Of a DNA stretch of 64,000 nucleotides, positions 51,171-62,808 are shown in pieces. Origin of the DNA: Camelus dromedarius (taxonomy: Eukaryota); contig NC_087447.1 of assembly GCF_036321535.1 (NCBI RefSeq), positions 36,272,001 to 36,336,000 of the forward strand, in the 5' to 3' direction. A program made the position numbers and the translations under genes. Below the pieces are notes generated by a model that was not told the DNA's origin, searched no databases, and saw only the letters and a program-made list of their open reading frames with translations. How positions within the stretch are numbered: position 1 is the first letter of the stretch; every line of letters begins with the position of its first letter.

Positions 51171-53613
51171 CTAGGGCAAGGAGGAAGAGAATAGATGTTG
51201 GGAGCTGATACATTTGTGTTTGAGGGCCTGCTGTGCGCCAGACGTGGTGCTGTGCACTTCCTGAGCGTCATCTTGCATCCTCACAACCCAAGAAGATGAG
51301 GTTTGTTCCCATTTTGCAGATGTAGAATGTGAGACCAGAATGGTCAGGGACTTGCCTAAGGTCACCCAGCTTATATGGGCTAAAGCCAACTCTTGAATCC
51401 AGGTCTGACTGGCTCTAAACCTATGTCCTCTGGGTTTGTGATGCTTGAGAAGTGACTCATCTGGCCAAAATGGTCACCAAGTGTCAGGAATTCCCTGTGT
51501 TTTTGAACATCACTGATTCCAGCTTTTCACAATGACAGTAATGACCTGTACAAGAAGGGCTTGTATTGTCATAGCTGAACATCAGTGCCCTGCATGGCCA
51601 CCTTCTCTGGATGAAACAGTCACTGACAGCCGAGGGGGTACTTCATTCTTTCCCACCATTGTGCTACATCGAGCATAGCAAATCTATTTTGTAACAGGTC
51701 TCTTGGTTTGAGAAGTCGTATGTTACATTGGTGGGAATGTAATGGAGACAGGAAGAGAACCAAAAAATATTTTTGTCTTAAATCCTGTGACCTAGTAAGT
51801 TAAATGTTTAAGTCAGGTAAGGTGGGGAAGTGGAGATCATTCCCTTCACCGTTCTTACCTGCTGCCTTAGCCTGAACATTTAGGGCCTAAAAGCATCTTA
51901 TGAAAGTCCCAGCGGCTGTGGAAATAGAAGATGTTCATAACCCCAAGTTTTGGGGCCTAGAAAGCTGCCAGGTGGCAGGCAGACTGCCATTCTTTTACCT
52001 ACCCTCTAGAGGTTTGTTTGAGAGGAAATGCTGGTGTCAATCTGAGAAAAGGATTTATCATTCTCAGCTTTATTTTTAGGATGCACTGACATGTATCGGG
52101 GTGTCTGCGCTCATATGTACACACAAAGTAAGGACTAAGATATATAGTTATAAATTAGCTCCAAGGTTGGAAGAGACAGCAAAATCCATGATTTAGGGTC
52201 AGCTTGTGAGAACAGTATTAAGTGTGGTTACTGTGAGTAAATTGGACTTTAAGGGCGTCTGGCTTTGACAGCAGCAGCTATTTTCTCCACTGCTTTCTTT
52301 TGCCCCCCAGTGCCCATCCCAGTGGGGACGTATAGGTGCTCAGTAAACATGTGGAAGCTGATTGGTAAAGAAAGAAAAATCCCCGTTACAAGTGGTTGGG
52401 CTGAGATACTGTTGAAGAAACCCTCTTTTCCCTTCAGTTCTAATATCACCCATTTAAGTGCATATTTGTTTCCCTGCGTGGCCTTTTCCGTTTATCTTTG
52501 GGGTGGGAATAACAAGAGGGTATGGTTACTTTGGTCTCACAATTGGAGCAACCAGGTTATAAAGCTTCAAAAACCTGGCCAGGGCGTGACCCAGCAGGTG
52601 GCTTCCAGTGGGAGATGGTCATGAGAGGGGAGTTCTTCGCTGTGGCCCTGAAGCTCTTTAGCCTCAGTTGCCATCCCGACCTGTCACTCCCACCCCATCC
52701 TCCTTTGCCGTTTCCAGGTCTGCGCGTGTAGGCCGAGGACATGTGTGTGGAGCACTGGCAGAGAACAGTGGCTAAGGCTCGTGGGCTCGGCAGTCTGCCT
52801 GGGGTCAAGCCCTGGTGCCTCTCTTTTCCGGCAGTATGATCTTGGGCAAATCATTTATCTTCTCTGTACCTCACTTTCCTTATCTCTGAAATCTGACTAA
52901 TAATACTGTAGAGAACTGTTGTTAGGTCAGTGCTCTTTTGGGTTCCTGTTGGAGCAGTTCCCTGATGAGATAGGTAAGTGGTCATATAAAGAGGTTGCTG
53001 CCAGTTCTCTGCTTATTATCTTGGAAGAATGTAATTGTGTTGCTCATTGCACTTTGGGCTGTGCTTGTTGCCAGTGGGAGAGACCCTGGGCTCAGGAGCC
53101 TCTATTCAAACTGGCCTGCCCGAGACAGACAGGTGCAAAAATAGCAAAGAGGAAAAGCGTGAGAATGTCGCATGTACCATTTATTTGTTCAGTGGTATCT
53201 GTAGGGCTTCTGTCCTGTGCTGTCACTGCAGAGATGTTCTGGGCATACTGTGAATGGCCAGCTGGGCCTCTGGCCTGAAGGAACTCATAGTCTACCTGGG
53301 CGTTAGTTGAGTAAACACACAGTTATGATCCAGTGTGATTAGTGTGACAGTGCAGTCAGCTAAGATCTTGATCTAGACTGGGGATGTGTGTGTGTGTGTG
53401 TGGCCTCCTGGAGGAGGTGACATTTAAGCTAGATCCCAAAGGAGTAGAAGTTAGGCCAGCAGAGTAAGGGACTAGGCACAAAATGGGCTTGAGGCAGAGG
53501 GACGAGGCCATGCAAAGGCCTGGAGGTAATTAGAATATAAAGTGTGTCCTTTGGGGAGTCTTGGCTGCAGCCGTGCTGTCTGGAGCTAGTTGAATGTGCT
53601 GCTGTCATTGCAG

Positions 53614-54084
53614 GGACGTGGATAAAGTGGAGCGGCAGGCGGTCCCCCAGGCCAATCACGCAGAGTCCTGTCGGGAGTGTGGCCGCGTGGGACCCGGGCA
53701 CACGAGGGATTGTCCGCATCGCAGCCATGAGGAGTCCTTCGGATTCGAGAGGCGGGAGCAGGAGGAAGATCGGTACCGCCCCCAGAGGGACCCACTGGAG
53801 GGCAAGCGGGACAGAAGCAAGTCCAGGTCTCCATACTCGCCAGCTGAGGAAGATGCCTTGTTCGTGGATTTACCCAGTGGCCCGAGGGGCCAGCAGGCTC
53901 AGCCCCAGCGGGTGGAGAAGAACGGTGTGCTGCCTGCCACATATGGCCCGGGAGAGCAGAACGGGACTGGCGGGTACCAGCGAGCCTTTCCTCCCAGGAC
54001 CAATGCTGAAAAGCACAGTCAGAGGAAGAGCAGCCTGGCCCAGGTGGAGCAGTGGGCAAAGGCCCAGAAGGGGGACAGCAGGAG
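53614..54084 (+). CDS. PLEKHA7: PLEKHA7 coding exon (~exon 10): DVDKVERQAVPQ...SSLAQVEQWAKAQKGDSR(S)
   Basis: Acceptor tgtcattgcAG, donor AG|GTCAGT; 471 nt, phase 2-2; lies within track ORF 53594..54115; CpG-rich. Confidence 0.95.
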
Positions 54085-55129
54085 GTCAGTAAGAGACTCA
54101 CGTCACTGCTACTAATGAGCATAATAACACAATGACACTAGCCATCGCTTACCCAGCATGTGCTTGTACATACTGGCCTTAAACTCTCTACCTCCGTTAT
54201 CTCCATAAATCCCTGCAACACCCTTGCAAGGAAGGGTGGTGGCCCCAATTTATAGATGAAGAAACTGGGGCTTAGAGAAGTGAGGGAACCTGCCCAGGGC
54301 ACATAGATTAATTACATCCAGGGCTTCCCCATTCCCTAGAGAAACCCAGGGGACAGTAACTGATCTTCTCTGCTTGGCTACTTCTCTGCATCCAGGAAAC
54401 ATTTGTAGCAACTAGAGTAATACAGATCCATGTTTAATTCCAGGCACGTAGAGAAGTGCTCAGGCACTGTTGACATTGGCCTTTATCATACCCATTCCTT
54501 TAAGAAGTGATTTTAATTATTTAGAGGCATGCATCTCCTGCTTTGTGCAAAGCACCATCTGTTTTTTATTATAATTTTAGATCAGTTAGGACACATTTAT
54601 GAATGGGAAGAATTCAGGGTCACTCAGCTTCCCCATTGTCCCCAGAAGCCACTGTGTGTTGTCCTCACTGTGAAGACAGCACACCCCCCTCACCATCCTC
54701 AGGCTTCTAAAACAAACCGTGAACTGGAGAAGAGATAGCAAAGCCACGGTGCGTTCAGAAAGCCCCCGCGGCTGGAGGGGCGCAGTAGATGTGCCAGAGC
54801 TCAGGCCGCATTGGCCACAGACCTGACACATCTGCTCTGAGGTACCCCCCTCATTCTCCCCATTGTGTGGCCCAGGCCTTCCACCTGTGGGCTCTGGAGG
54901 AGGTAGTGCTCCAAGGGGAAGAGCCTAGGCCTCTTTTTCAGTGGGTGTGGCCTCTTTTTCTTGTGCACGTGTGGGTTGTGTAACTTCTTTAATCTGGTCC
55001 TGGAGGGCAGTTGTGAGGGATGATGGTGAAGAACTCACATGGGAAACCCCCTCAGCAATTGACACATTGTTGTGGGACAGACTAGGAGACCACTAGGTTA
55101 AAACACGGGCCACTGTGTTAAAAACAGAA

Positions 55130-55570
55130 CAAAAAACCCATATTCTTCATTTTGCTTTTTTTCATTTAATATTGTCAGTAAATATATATGTATACAGATA
55201 TTTTAATATATCTTGATTATCTTTCCATACCAGCACATACAGATATATTAATTTGAAATGGTGCAAAGTATGTCGTTGTACGGATCTCCAGTGCTCTTTA
55301 TACCATTTCCCTATTGATGGACAATTAGGCTGGTTATAAACATACGCTGTTGCAAACTATGCTGCGAAGAATATCCTTCCTTGCCCAGTCATCTTCGCAC
55401 ACAAGTCCAAGTATACTTGAAGAACAGATTACTTGAAATGGAATGATTATGTTGAAGGATATATGTGATTTTAATTTTGATAGATATTACAAAATTGACC
55501 TCCAAAAATGCTGTTTCAGTTTCTACCCCACCAAAAATATTCCTGTTTCCCCACTCCCATATCCTCACTG
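55130..55570 (-). mobile_element. Ancient L1M relic
   Basis: ccctattgatggacaattaggctggtt...aatatccttc...ttttaattttgatagatattacaaaattgacctcc. Confidence 0.6.
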
Positions 55571-58500
55571 AAAACTGCTATGCTAGGTTAACTGCTTGCT
55601 CTGGTGACCATATGGAAGATGGTTAAATGGAGAAAAGTCTGGAAAGAGAACATGTTCAAATATGAGGTAGTCATATTTTGGGTAGGAGGCGAGGGAGACC
55701 TAAACAAAAGCAGTTTGTGAGGAGGAGATGGATAGATGCATGGATGTTGAGATTGGGTAGGTTTAGGGCTTAGTAAAATGATTTATCCAGGACTGGAAGG
55801 TGGGGAGAGCCACAGGGGGAGTTGAGGCTAACATTCAAGTGTGACTTGATTAATGGGTCGATGTGCTGTGAAAGATGTGAGCATGGGAGAGAGAAATGAG
55901 CTTGAAGAGGAATGTGGTACCCATAGAGTGGCCAGGTGGAGGTAACCGGTATGTTATAGGGAATGTGGGTTCAGATCACAGAGAGATTTGGAAGTCATTG
56001 CCCTGGAGGTGGTAGCTGATGTCCTGGCAGTAGTTGAGATCACCCACGGTTGAATGCTTAGAGCTGTGATTCTTCATCTTGGCTGCATGGTTTGATCATT
56101 TGAGGCTTTGCCCCAGAGAATTTGATATATGTGGTCTGGGGCAAGGTCAAGGAAGGAACCAGTCTGTTTTAAAAGCCCCCCAGATGATACCAATATATGA
56201 GAGATGTCTGACATTTACTGAGGCCTGGGTCCCGTGCCAGGAAATCTGATTCTGATGGATCAGGAGTTTTCAAAACATCCCTACCCCTGGCAGTCCTAAC
56301 ATGCAGTTAGGGTTGAGAATTCCTAGCTTAGAGAGAACAATAGCAGAGGGCCAAATGCAGAACCCTGAGGATCCCCAGCCCAAGGGGGTGGGCAAAAGCA
56401 GAGTCTCCATATAGAAGTCTAGCAGGAGACAGAGGAGGAAAACCAGAGTGTAAGGGAGTTTCATTTGGAAGGAGTCCAGTTGGCAGCATGAGATGCTGCC
56501 TGGGGATGGTGCCTTCTGAGGGGGCTGGGCACCACCAAAGGAGTCTGGAACCTTGGGGTCTCTGCTGGTCTTATGCCCAGTAGCAGAGGGCCTTGGTTCC
56601 CCTGAGCTTGATGGGCTCAGATGGGCAGACCTTAACAGAGCTAGAATTTTGAAGTGAAGTCAGGAGGCAGGGTAATGGGAGGGGGAGGTGGAGGTGGAAG
56701 GGAACCAGAAAGATGGCATGGCCAGTGAGAAACCCTTTGTGGCAGGGGCGCAGAAAGGGCTCTCAAAAGCTGTGAAACTGATAGGCAGTTGTAAGTTGTG
56801 GTTGGGAAGTGTCTCTACATAACTCTCTGGCAGCCCACAGCCCTACGTTACTCTGCTACACATAACTGGGGCTGGGGGCAAATTGGGGAGCTGAAGGATG
56901 AGAGGTCAAGTACAAGGAGATAAAGGTGGTTGGGGAAGGCATTGGACTGTCCCTAGGATGTGAGATGGGAGTTTGAGCCTTTCTTATCTAAGGGACAGGG
57001 TGACATTAGGTCTCTAGATGAAAACAGTTCATTGGCCTTGAGCACTCAGTGAGAGGAATTTCAGTCCAGTGGTAGAAGCTGTTCTCAGTGGGCTGAAAAG
57101 TAAAAGGGATTGAAGATGACCCTTTGGAGAAGAAAGCTGTCAGTCTGTGAGGAAGCAGAGTGCTCAGTCTCCGATCATTCACTTGTATCTGGGAAGGACT
57201 GCATGTTGCATCCCAGAGTTATCTTTTTTTTTTTTTTTTTCCTTAAAGATGAGTTTGTAATCTCTTACAGTCAAGTTTTAAGTATATCTGGCTGGTTAAC
57301 AAAGGAACCTCCTCTGTGAAATTACAGCGGAGGGATATCCCTGCCCTGTGGGACTGAGACAGTACTGATCTCATTAGATGGAGCATGGTACACACTGGAA
57401 GGAGGGTTATGTGAACTGTAATATGATCTCATATTTGCGGCTCTAGACCACACAGGGCATTGTTTCTAACTATTCTTTTAGTACTTGGAGATGTATATAT
57501 TTTACTTTATTAAACTCCTTTATAATGATGGTTTGGGAGGACAGACTGATATACACTTAGAATCTTACCACATTCTATGAGATTGTTTTGAAATTCTAGC
57601 CTTCTAATTTTTTCCTGGTGTTTAATGTAATGCATACTTGTGAAGTAAAATGGCAGGGGTAGGGGCAGAGTCAGGGATGCAAACATTACCATGAGGAACA
57701 GAGTAGAATGTGAAATTCCTGCACAATTGATATGGAAGTTTGGGTGTGGACTATCTACTGCATAAGTAATTGGTTATAAAAATTGATTTCACATTTCAAT
57801 ATGACCATTTTATAGTGGCTGTATCAAAATATCCTGTTTGGTGCCTTTTGGAACAGGGAGGCCCCATGGCACAGAGCAGGGTATGAGGGCAGGAGACCCC
57901 AAGCCTTCTTTTTAGATAAGGCTGGGTTGGGGGCCAGCCAGTGGATCTGCTCTCAGGGACACAGCAGCTCCTGCATGCTCCCAAGGGGACCTTTACCTCA
58001 TTTTACAACCCTACCACCTGTGTCCCTCCCTCCACCGTCAGCTAGTTACCATGGTTTGGTCTCTGGCACCAGGGCTCACTGTTGCACTGGGGTCTTTAGG
58101 GTCACCCCCAGATGGCTAGCACTGGGGGGATGGCAGGCAGTGCATAAGTGGAGGGCGCAGGCTAGAGGATGAGCTGAGGGCTTTGTGGCACTGCCCCACT
58201 GGGGGCTCGTACTGTCTGGGCATGACTGGCAAAACGAGGAGTGGGCCACAGCGCCAGACTGCGGGCGGTATGGTGGGAGCGTGGCTAAGACGTGCTGTGC
58301 GTGGTTGGCATTTTGCTTCAGGCAGAGTGAACAGTGGATGGTAAAGTCATGATCTCCGTTGGGGGAGCCCCCAGCCTGGTTTCTGCCGCTGCCAGCACTG
58401 CTGTTTGAGGAGTCAGGCACGGCCCCTTCCTCAGAGACATATTTCTCTCTGTCTTTGGGAAATCAATAGCAAACCCTGCCACCTGGTGGCAAGCAGACAA

Positions 58501-58737
58501 GCCAGGAAAGTCTGGGCTGAAGAGATCTTAAAATTACCTCCTGTAATTGTAAAGATAAAGATAAAAAGGGAGAAGAAAGCTAGCATTTTTGAATGACAGC
58601 CACTTCTAATCTTGACAACAATCTATTAAATGGTTCTTCACACCCCCATTTTACAGTAAGGAGAGGGAGGACATAAAAGACACTAACCTGAGGTCCTATA
58701 GGTAGGAAGTGATGAGATGAGTTTAAAAACAACTAGA

Positions 58738-59012
58738 GCAGCATTTCTCAAACATCAGCCACTGGAGGCCACGTTAAAACACAGGTGGGAGGGTAGAGCT
58801 CATGCTTAGCGTGCGCGAGGTCCTGGGTTCAATCCCCGGTACCTTCGTTAAATTTAAAAAAAAAAAAAAATGAAGAGAATAGCTAAAAACACGGGTGGCT
58901 GGGCCCCCACCCCCAGGGTTTCTGGTTTCGAGTGGGGGCCCGATAACCTGCATGTCAAATAAGTTCCCAGATGGTGCTGATGCTGCCGGACTACACTTTG
59001 AGTAGCGCTGGC
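58738..59012. mobile_element. MER5A-like hAT-Charlie MITE interrupted by a SINE
   Basis: cagcatttctcaaac...ctgggcccccacccc...aagttcccagatggtgctgatgctg...cacttt gagtagcgctg. Confidence 0.72.
58789..58885 (+). mobile_element. tRNA-derived SINE, Vic-1-like, internally deleted, nested in a MER5A-like element
   Basis: B-box gggttcaatccc, poly(A); TSD aaaacac(a/g)ggtgg at 58776-58788 and 58886-58898. Confidence 0.88.
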
Positions 59013-60059
59013 TTAGAATAAGGTCTGGCACATGGTAAGCACTATGTGAAGGTTTGTGAGATGAAATTGATAGATGAAGGTGGAGTCAGGATTCCAACCC
59101 AGGCCTGACTCCAAAACCTGTCTTTTTACATCATGCTGCCTCTCAAGGCTTAATAAGGCTTAATAAGACTCTCTCCTTGGCTCCTTGCTGAATTTTTATT
59201 TCAGAAAATAAAATGGCTGGTTCATAGTAGTTTTCCTGATCCTGTCCAGCTTTTGCGAGCCGGAGTATTTGCTGAAGGGCTGGTTGTGCGTCAGGACTTT
59301 CTCAGACTGTGGACAATAGCACAGAATGTGAGACACAGTTCCTGCTTGGTTGGATAAGAGACATCTTGCAAATAGGAGAAGGTTACGTCAACACAGTACC
59401 TTGGAAAAGCTACAGACTGTACAGTAACCAGGTCAGAGCAGAGCAGGAAGCCCGAGGGCATGGCATTGCCTCCGTGGAACAGGCGTGGGCCAGTGTCCTG
59501 GGGAATGAGTGAGATTTGGTGATATGGCAAGGGGGGCTCATACAGGGAGGGGAAGGAGGAACAGTATTATGAGAATAAGGAGAAGGCAGGAGGGAGCACC
59601 CACTGGTAAAGGTACTTTCTGCGAGTCAGGCGTGGAGCCTGTGTTCTCTTGTCTCATTTATTCTTCAGGACGGCCCTATGAGGCAGGTGTTTCTGTCTTC
59701 ATGTTACAGTTAAGGAGTCTGAGGCTCAGAGCAGTCAGGTAAGCTGCCTAGGGTCACACAGCCGGTGGACTCAACCCTAGTTCAGACTACCTCTGCTTTT
59801 TCCACTGCAAAAAGTTTCCTTTGCCCAGGTGTGTAGGAGGCCAGGCAAGATTAGGGCCCAGCAGGTGCAGGGGTGCACCTGGGAGGGGATGCCTCCATAA
59901 GTGTTTGACCCTCAACGCCCAACTTGCCCCAGTCTGATCCTGGCCCCAGTAGGAGGGGCAGTGAGGAAACAGCAGGAAGGCAAGGTGGGTTGAAGTCAGG
60001 TGCTAGAGGGCTATAAGTACCAGGCAGAGGGGTTTAGATTGAACTTCATAAGCAGCAGG

Positions 60060-60181
60060 GAGGAGGTAATATCCGTTTATTTTATTTTATTTTTTTTTTT
60101 AATGGAGGTACTGGGGATTGAACCCAGGACCTAGTGCATGCTAAGCACACACTCTACTGCTGAGCTGTACCCTCCCCTCCC
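60060..60181 (-). mobile_element. tRNA-derived SINE, Vic-1-like
   Basis: T-rich tail then ggaggtactggggattgaacccaggacc...tgagctgtaccctcccc, the reverse complement of the other copies. Confidence 0.88.
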
Positions 60182-60737
60182 ACAGCAGGAAGCCACTGAA
60201 GTTTTTGGAGCGCAGGAGTGACTGGATCTAAGCAGCTGACTGTGTACGGCATGGAAACTTAGGAAAGTCTCAGAGTTATCTGGGGGAGGGAATTAATTAG
60301 TATCTGGACTAGAGTAAAAGGGAAAGAAAAGAACTAATGCCAGCCACTTCCTTTAAGAACCTTCAGAACTTGGCGCTAGGGAAAGTCTTGGTGACTGGGA
60401 GGAGGCATTTCCTAGAAATATGCACACCTATTGGAAGAGCTGACTGACAACAAAAGAGGGCAGGTTTAATCACACCGCACTTGAAGTGATGGGTATAGTA
60501 CAGCCAGGTCAGCCCAGTAGGGGGGTTGACACTCCAAGGTTGATAGAGAAAATGATTCTGGACTCTGCTGCGAAGGGAAGAAATGACTGAAGTCCTGGGT
60601 GTCTCCTTTGATTGTTTCTGTGGGGGTCTTTCTGGCTTTTCTCACATGCCTGGCTTTGTGGTTTTACTTGGCTGTGTTTCCAGAAGCCTAGCAGACCCCT
60701 TGCTGGTCCTCTTACCTGTCCTCTCCTTTCTCCTCAG

Positions 60738-61260
60738 CCTGCCCTTGGACCAGACCCTTCCTCGCCAGGGTCCCAGCCAGCCCCTGTCCTTCCCAGAAAA
60801 CTACCAGACTCTTCCCAAGAGCACCCGACACCCCTCAGGGAGCTCTTCGCCCCCTCCTCGAAATCTGCCGAGTGACTATAAGTACGCGCAGGACAGAGCC
60901 AGCCACCTGAAGATGTCGAGCGAGGAGCGCCGGGCACACCGCGATGGCACCGTGTGGCAGCTCTACGAGTGGCAGCAGCGCCAGCAGTTCCGCCACGGCA
61001 GCCCCACGGCACCCATCGGTGCCGGCTCCCCGGAGTTCACTGACCAGGGCCGCAGCAGGAGCATGTTAGAGGTGCCCCGCTCCATCTCTGTGCCTCCATC
61101 TCCCTCGGACATCCCTCCCCCGGGACCCCCGAGGGTCTTCCCACCCCGGCGGCCACACACGCCAGCAGAGAGGGTCACTGTGAAGCCACCGGACCAGAGG
61201 AGGAGTGTGGACATCTCGCTGGGGGGTTCTCCCAGGAAGGCATGGGGCCACACCACCAAG
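60738..61260 (+). CDS. PLEKHA7: PLEKHA7 coding exon (~exon 11), Pro-rich region: LPLDQTLPRQ...DGTVWQLYEWQQRQQF...GHTTK
   Basis: Long pyrimidine tract + CAG, donor AAG|GTGAGA; 523 nt, phase 2-0; lies within track ORF 60583..61341. Confidence 0.96.
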
Positions 61261-61438
61261 GTGAGACTCCGGAGGCCCAGCATTAGGGTGCTGGGAGCCT
61301 TACATGGTTTGAACACAAATTTGAGCAGTTTGGTATTATGATAGGTAGCATTTACACAGAACGTATAGGTGCTGAGTGCAGCACTAAAGGCTTTGCTTTA
61401 ATTCTTACAACACCCCTATGAGGTAGGCGCTCATATTA

Positions 61439-61651
61439 CAGGCTCCTCACTCCCCACTACCTAAAAGTAAAGTGTTCCTGTGAAACCTTTCATAAGCCAA
61501 AATGGTGTGAAGTGAACAGGCAAGTACCTTTTTCTGTAAAAGTGAAAATCCTCTTTGGATTTCTTTCGGTTATCAAGAAGAGGTAGTAAGGTGGTCTTCT
61601 GTAAAAGCAAAGTGGCATAAAGCAAACTTTTGTGAAACAGGGGGATACCTG
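61439..61651. mobile_element. TcMar-type MITE inserted in a MIR
   Basis: TA|caggctcctc ... gggggatacctg|TA; MIR sequence resumes on both sides (cctatgaggtagg / tttcacagatgagaactctgaggc). Confidence 0.65.
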
Positions 61652-62013
61652 TATGCCTGTTTCACAGATGAGAACTCTGAGGCATGAAGAAATGAAGTTA
61701 CTTGCACAGGGTCACACAACTAGAAGTCTGCTTCCTCGCAGCTTGAAAGGCAGGAAAAGATGTCTGTGTTCAGCTAGTTCAATTATTTATACTAACTTGA
61801 CTTAAGTTTTAACTCTCTGAGGGGCTCTCACAGTTTGTTGTTGTTATAACCCGGTGAGAAAGACATGGATCCCCGTTTGACAGAAGAAGAGTCTAAGGCT
61901 CAGAGAGGTGCAGTGCCATGTGCTCGGCTGCCCTGGCAGTGAGTGGCAGAGGTTCTGGCCCCAGCCCCGTCTCCTTGCCCTGTCTCACGTGACTTCTTGT
62001 CTCCTCACTGCAG

Positions 62014-62100
62014 AACTCCTCTCACATGGACCGACGCTCCATGCCCTCCATGGGTTACATGACCCACACTGTCAGCGCTCCCAGTTTACATGGAAAATCG
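62014..62100 (+). CDS. PLEKHA7: PLEKHA7 coding exon (~exon 12): NSSHMDRRSMPSMGYMTHTVSAPSLHGKS
   Basis: Acceptor cttgtctcctcactgcAG, donor TCG|GTAAGC; 87 nt, phase 0-0. Confidence 0.95.
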
Positions 62101-62688
62101 GTAAGCGGTGCCTCCTCTCCGCCTTCTGGTGAATGATCTGATATAGCCTGCGAAAGGCTAATCCCATCAGAGTTCTCCCCTGACCCTGTCAGGTGCAATC
62201 CAAAGGGCAGCTATCAACCCCATTTTAGAGATGAGGAAACTAAGGCTCAGAGAAGTCAAATGATTTGCTCAGGCTCAGCCCACTGGCACTGGGTCTTCCC
62301 AAGGTCAGCAGAATTGCTTGGGGGAAGTGGAGGAGAATGTGGTGTTTCTTCTCTTTCGGGCAGCATTTAGTCTGCAGCATTTTCCAGCCACCTGTTTTCT
62401 TCTCCCATTAGCTCTTGTCCTTTCTTCCCGGTCTTTGCTTTGATTAGTTCACTGTCTTCAGAGCTTGAGTCTGGGTGAGGTTGCATTGCTGGTGGCTGTT
62501 TCCTGAGAAAACTACTTCCTGCCGCCGCTTTTTCTGCCAGTCACTTTTTTTGTCCTAATGAGAGAATTAACGCAGTAATTACTTCAGGGTGTCACATCAG
62601 TGCTGTCCCGGCACCGGGGTGAAGAGTAGTTATAGCGTCGTGCTCTTGCGGTGGCTAATTTCCTCGTGATGTGTCTACACGCCTGCAG

Positions 62689-62808
62689 CTGGAGGAGCTC
62701 TCACTGCTTCTCACCCGGTTACGGCGGCACCAGGCCAAGCTGGCCAGTGTGCGAAATTTCGCCATCGGCCAGTTGCTGCAGCACCAGCTGACCTTCCCCA
62801 CCTGCCAG
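62689..62808 (+). CDS. PLEKHA7: Probable alternative cassette exon: LEELSLLLTRLRRHQAKLASVRNFAIGQLLQHQLTFPTCQ
   Basis: Branch-like ctaat about 30 nt upstream, acceptor cctgcAG, donor CAG|GTCAGC; 120 nt, phase 0-0, open, coding-like codon usage and CpG retention. Confidence 0.8.

Larger units (their letters stand above)
19491..62808 (+). other. PLEKHA7: PLEKHA7 gene body, internal part (first to last exon visible; gene extends beyond both window ends)
   Basis: Nine GT-AG exons with compatible phases join into one ORF matching my recall of PLEKHA7 (HNQQTTAFRHP...RGWLHKQDSSGMRLWKRRWFVL...SAPSLHGKS). Confidence 0.97.

Noticed and set aside
53544..54122. Overlapping 182-aa (+) and 178-aa (-) ORFs
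   Set aside because: Shadows of the GC-rich PLEKHA7 exon, where stops are scarce in alternative frames.
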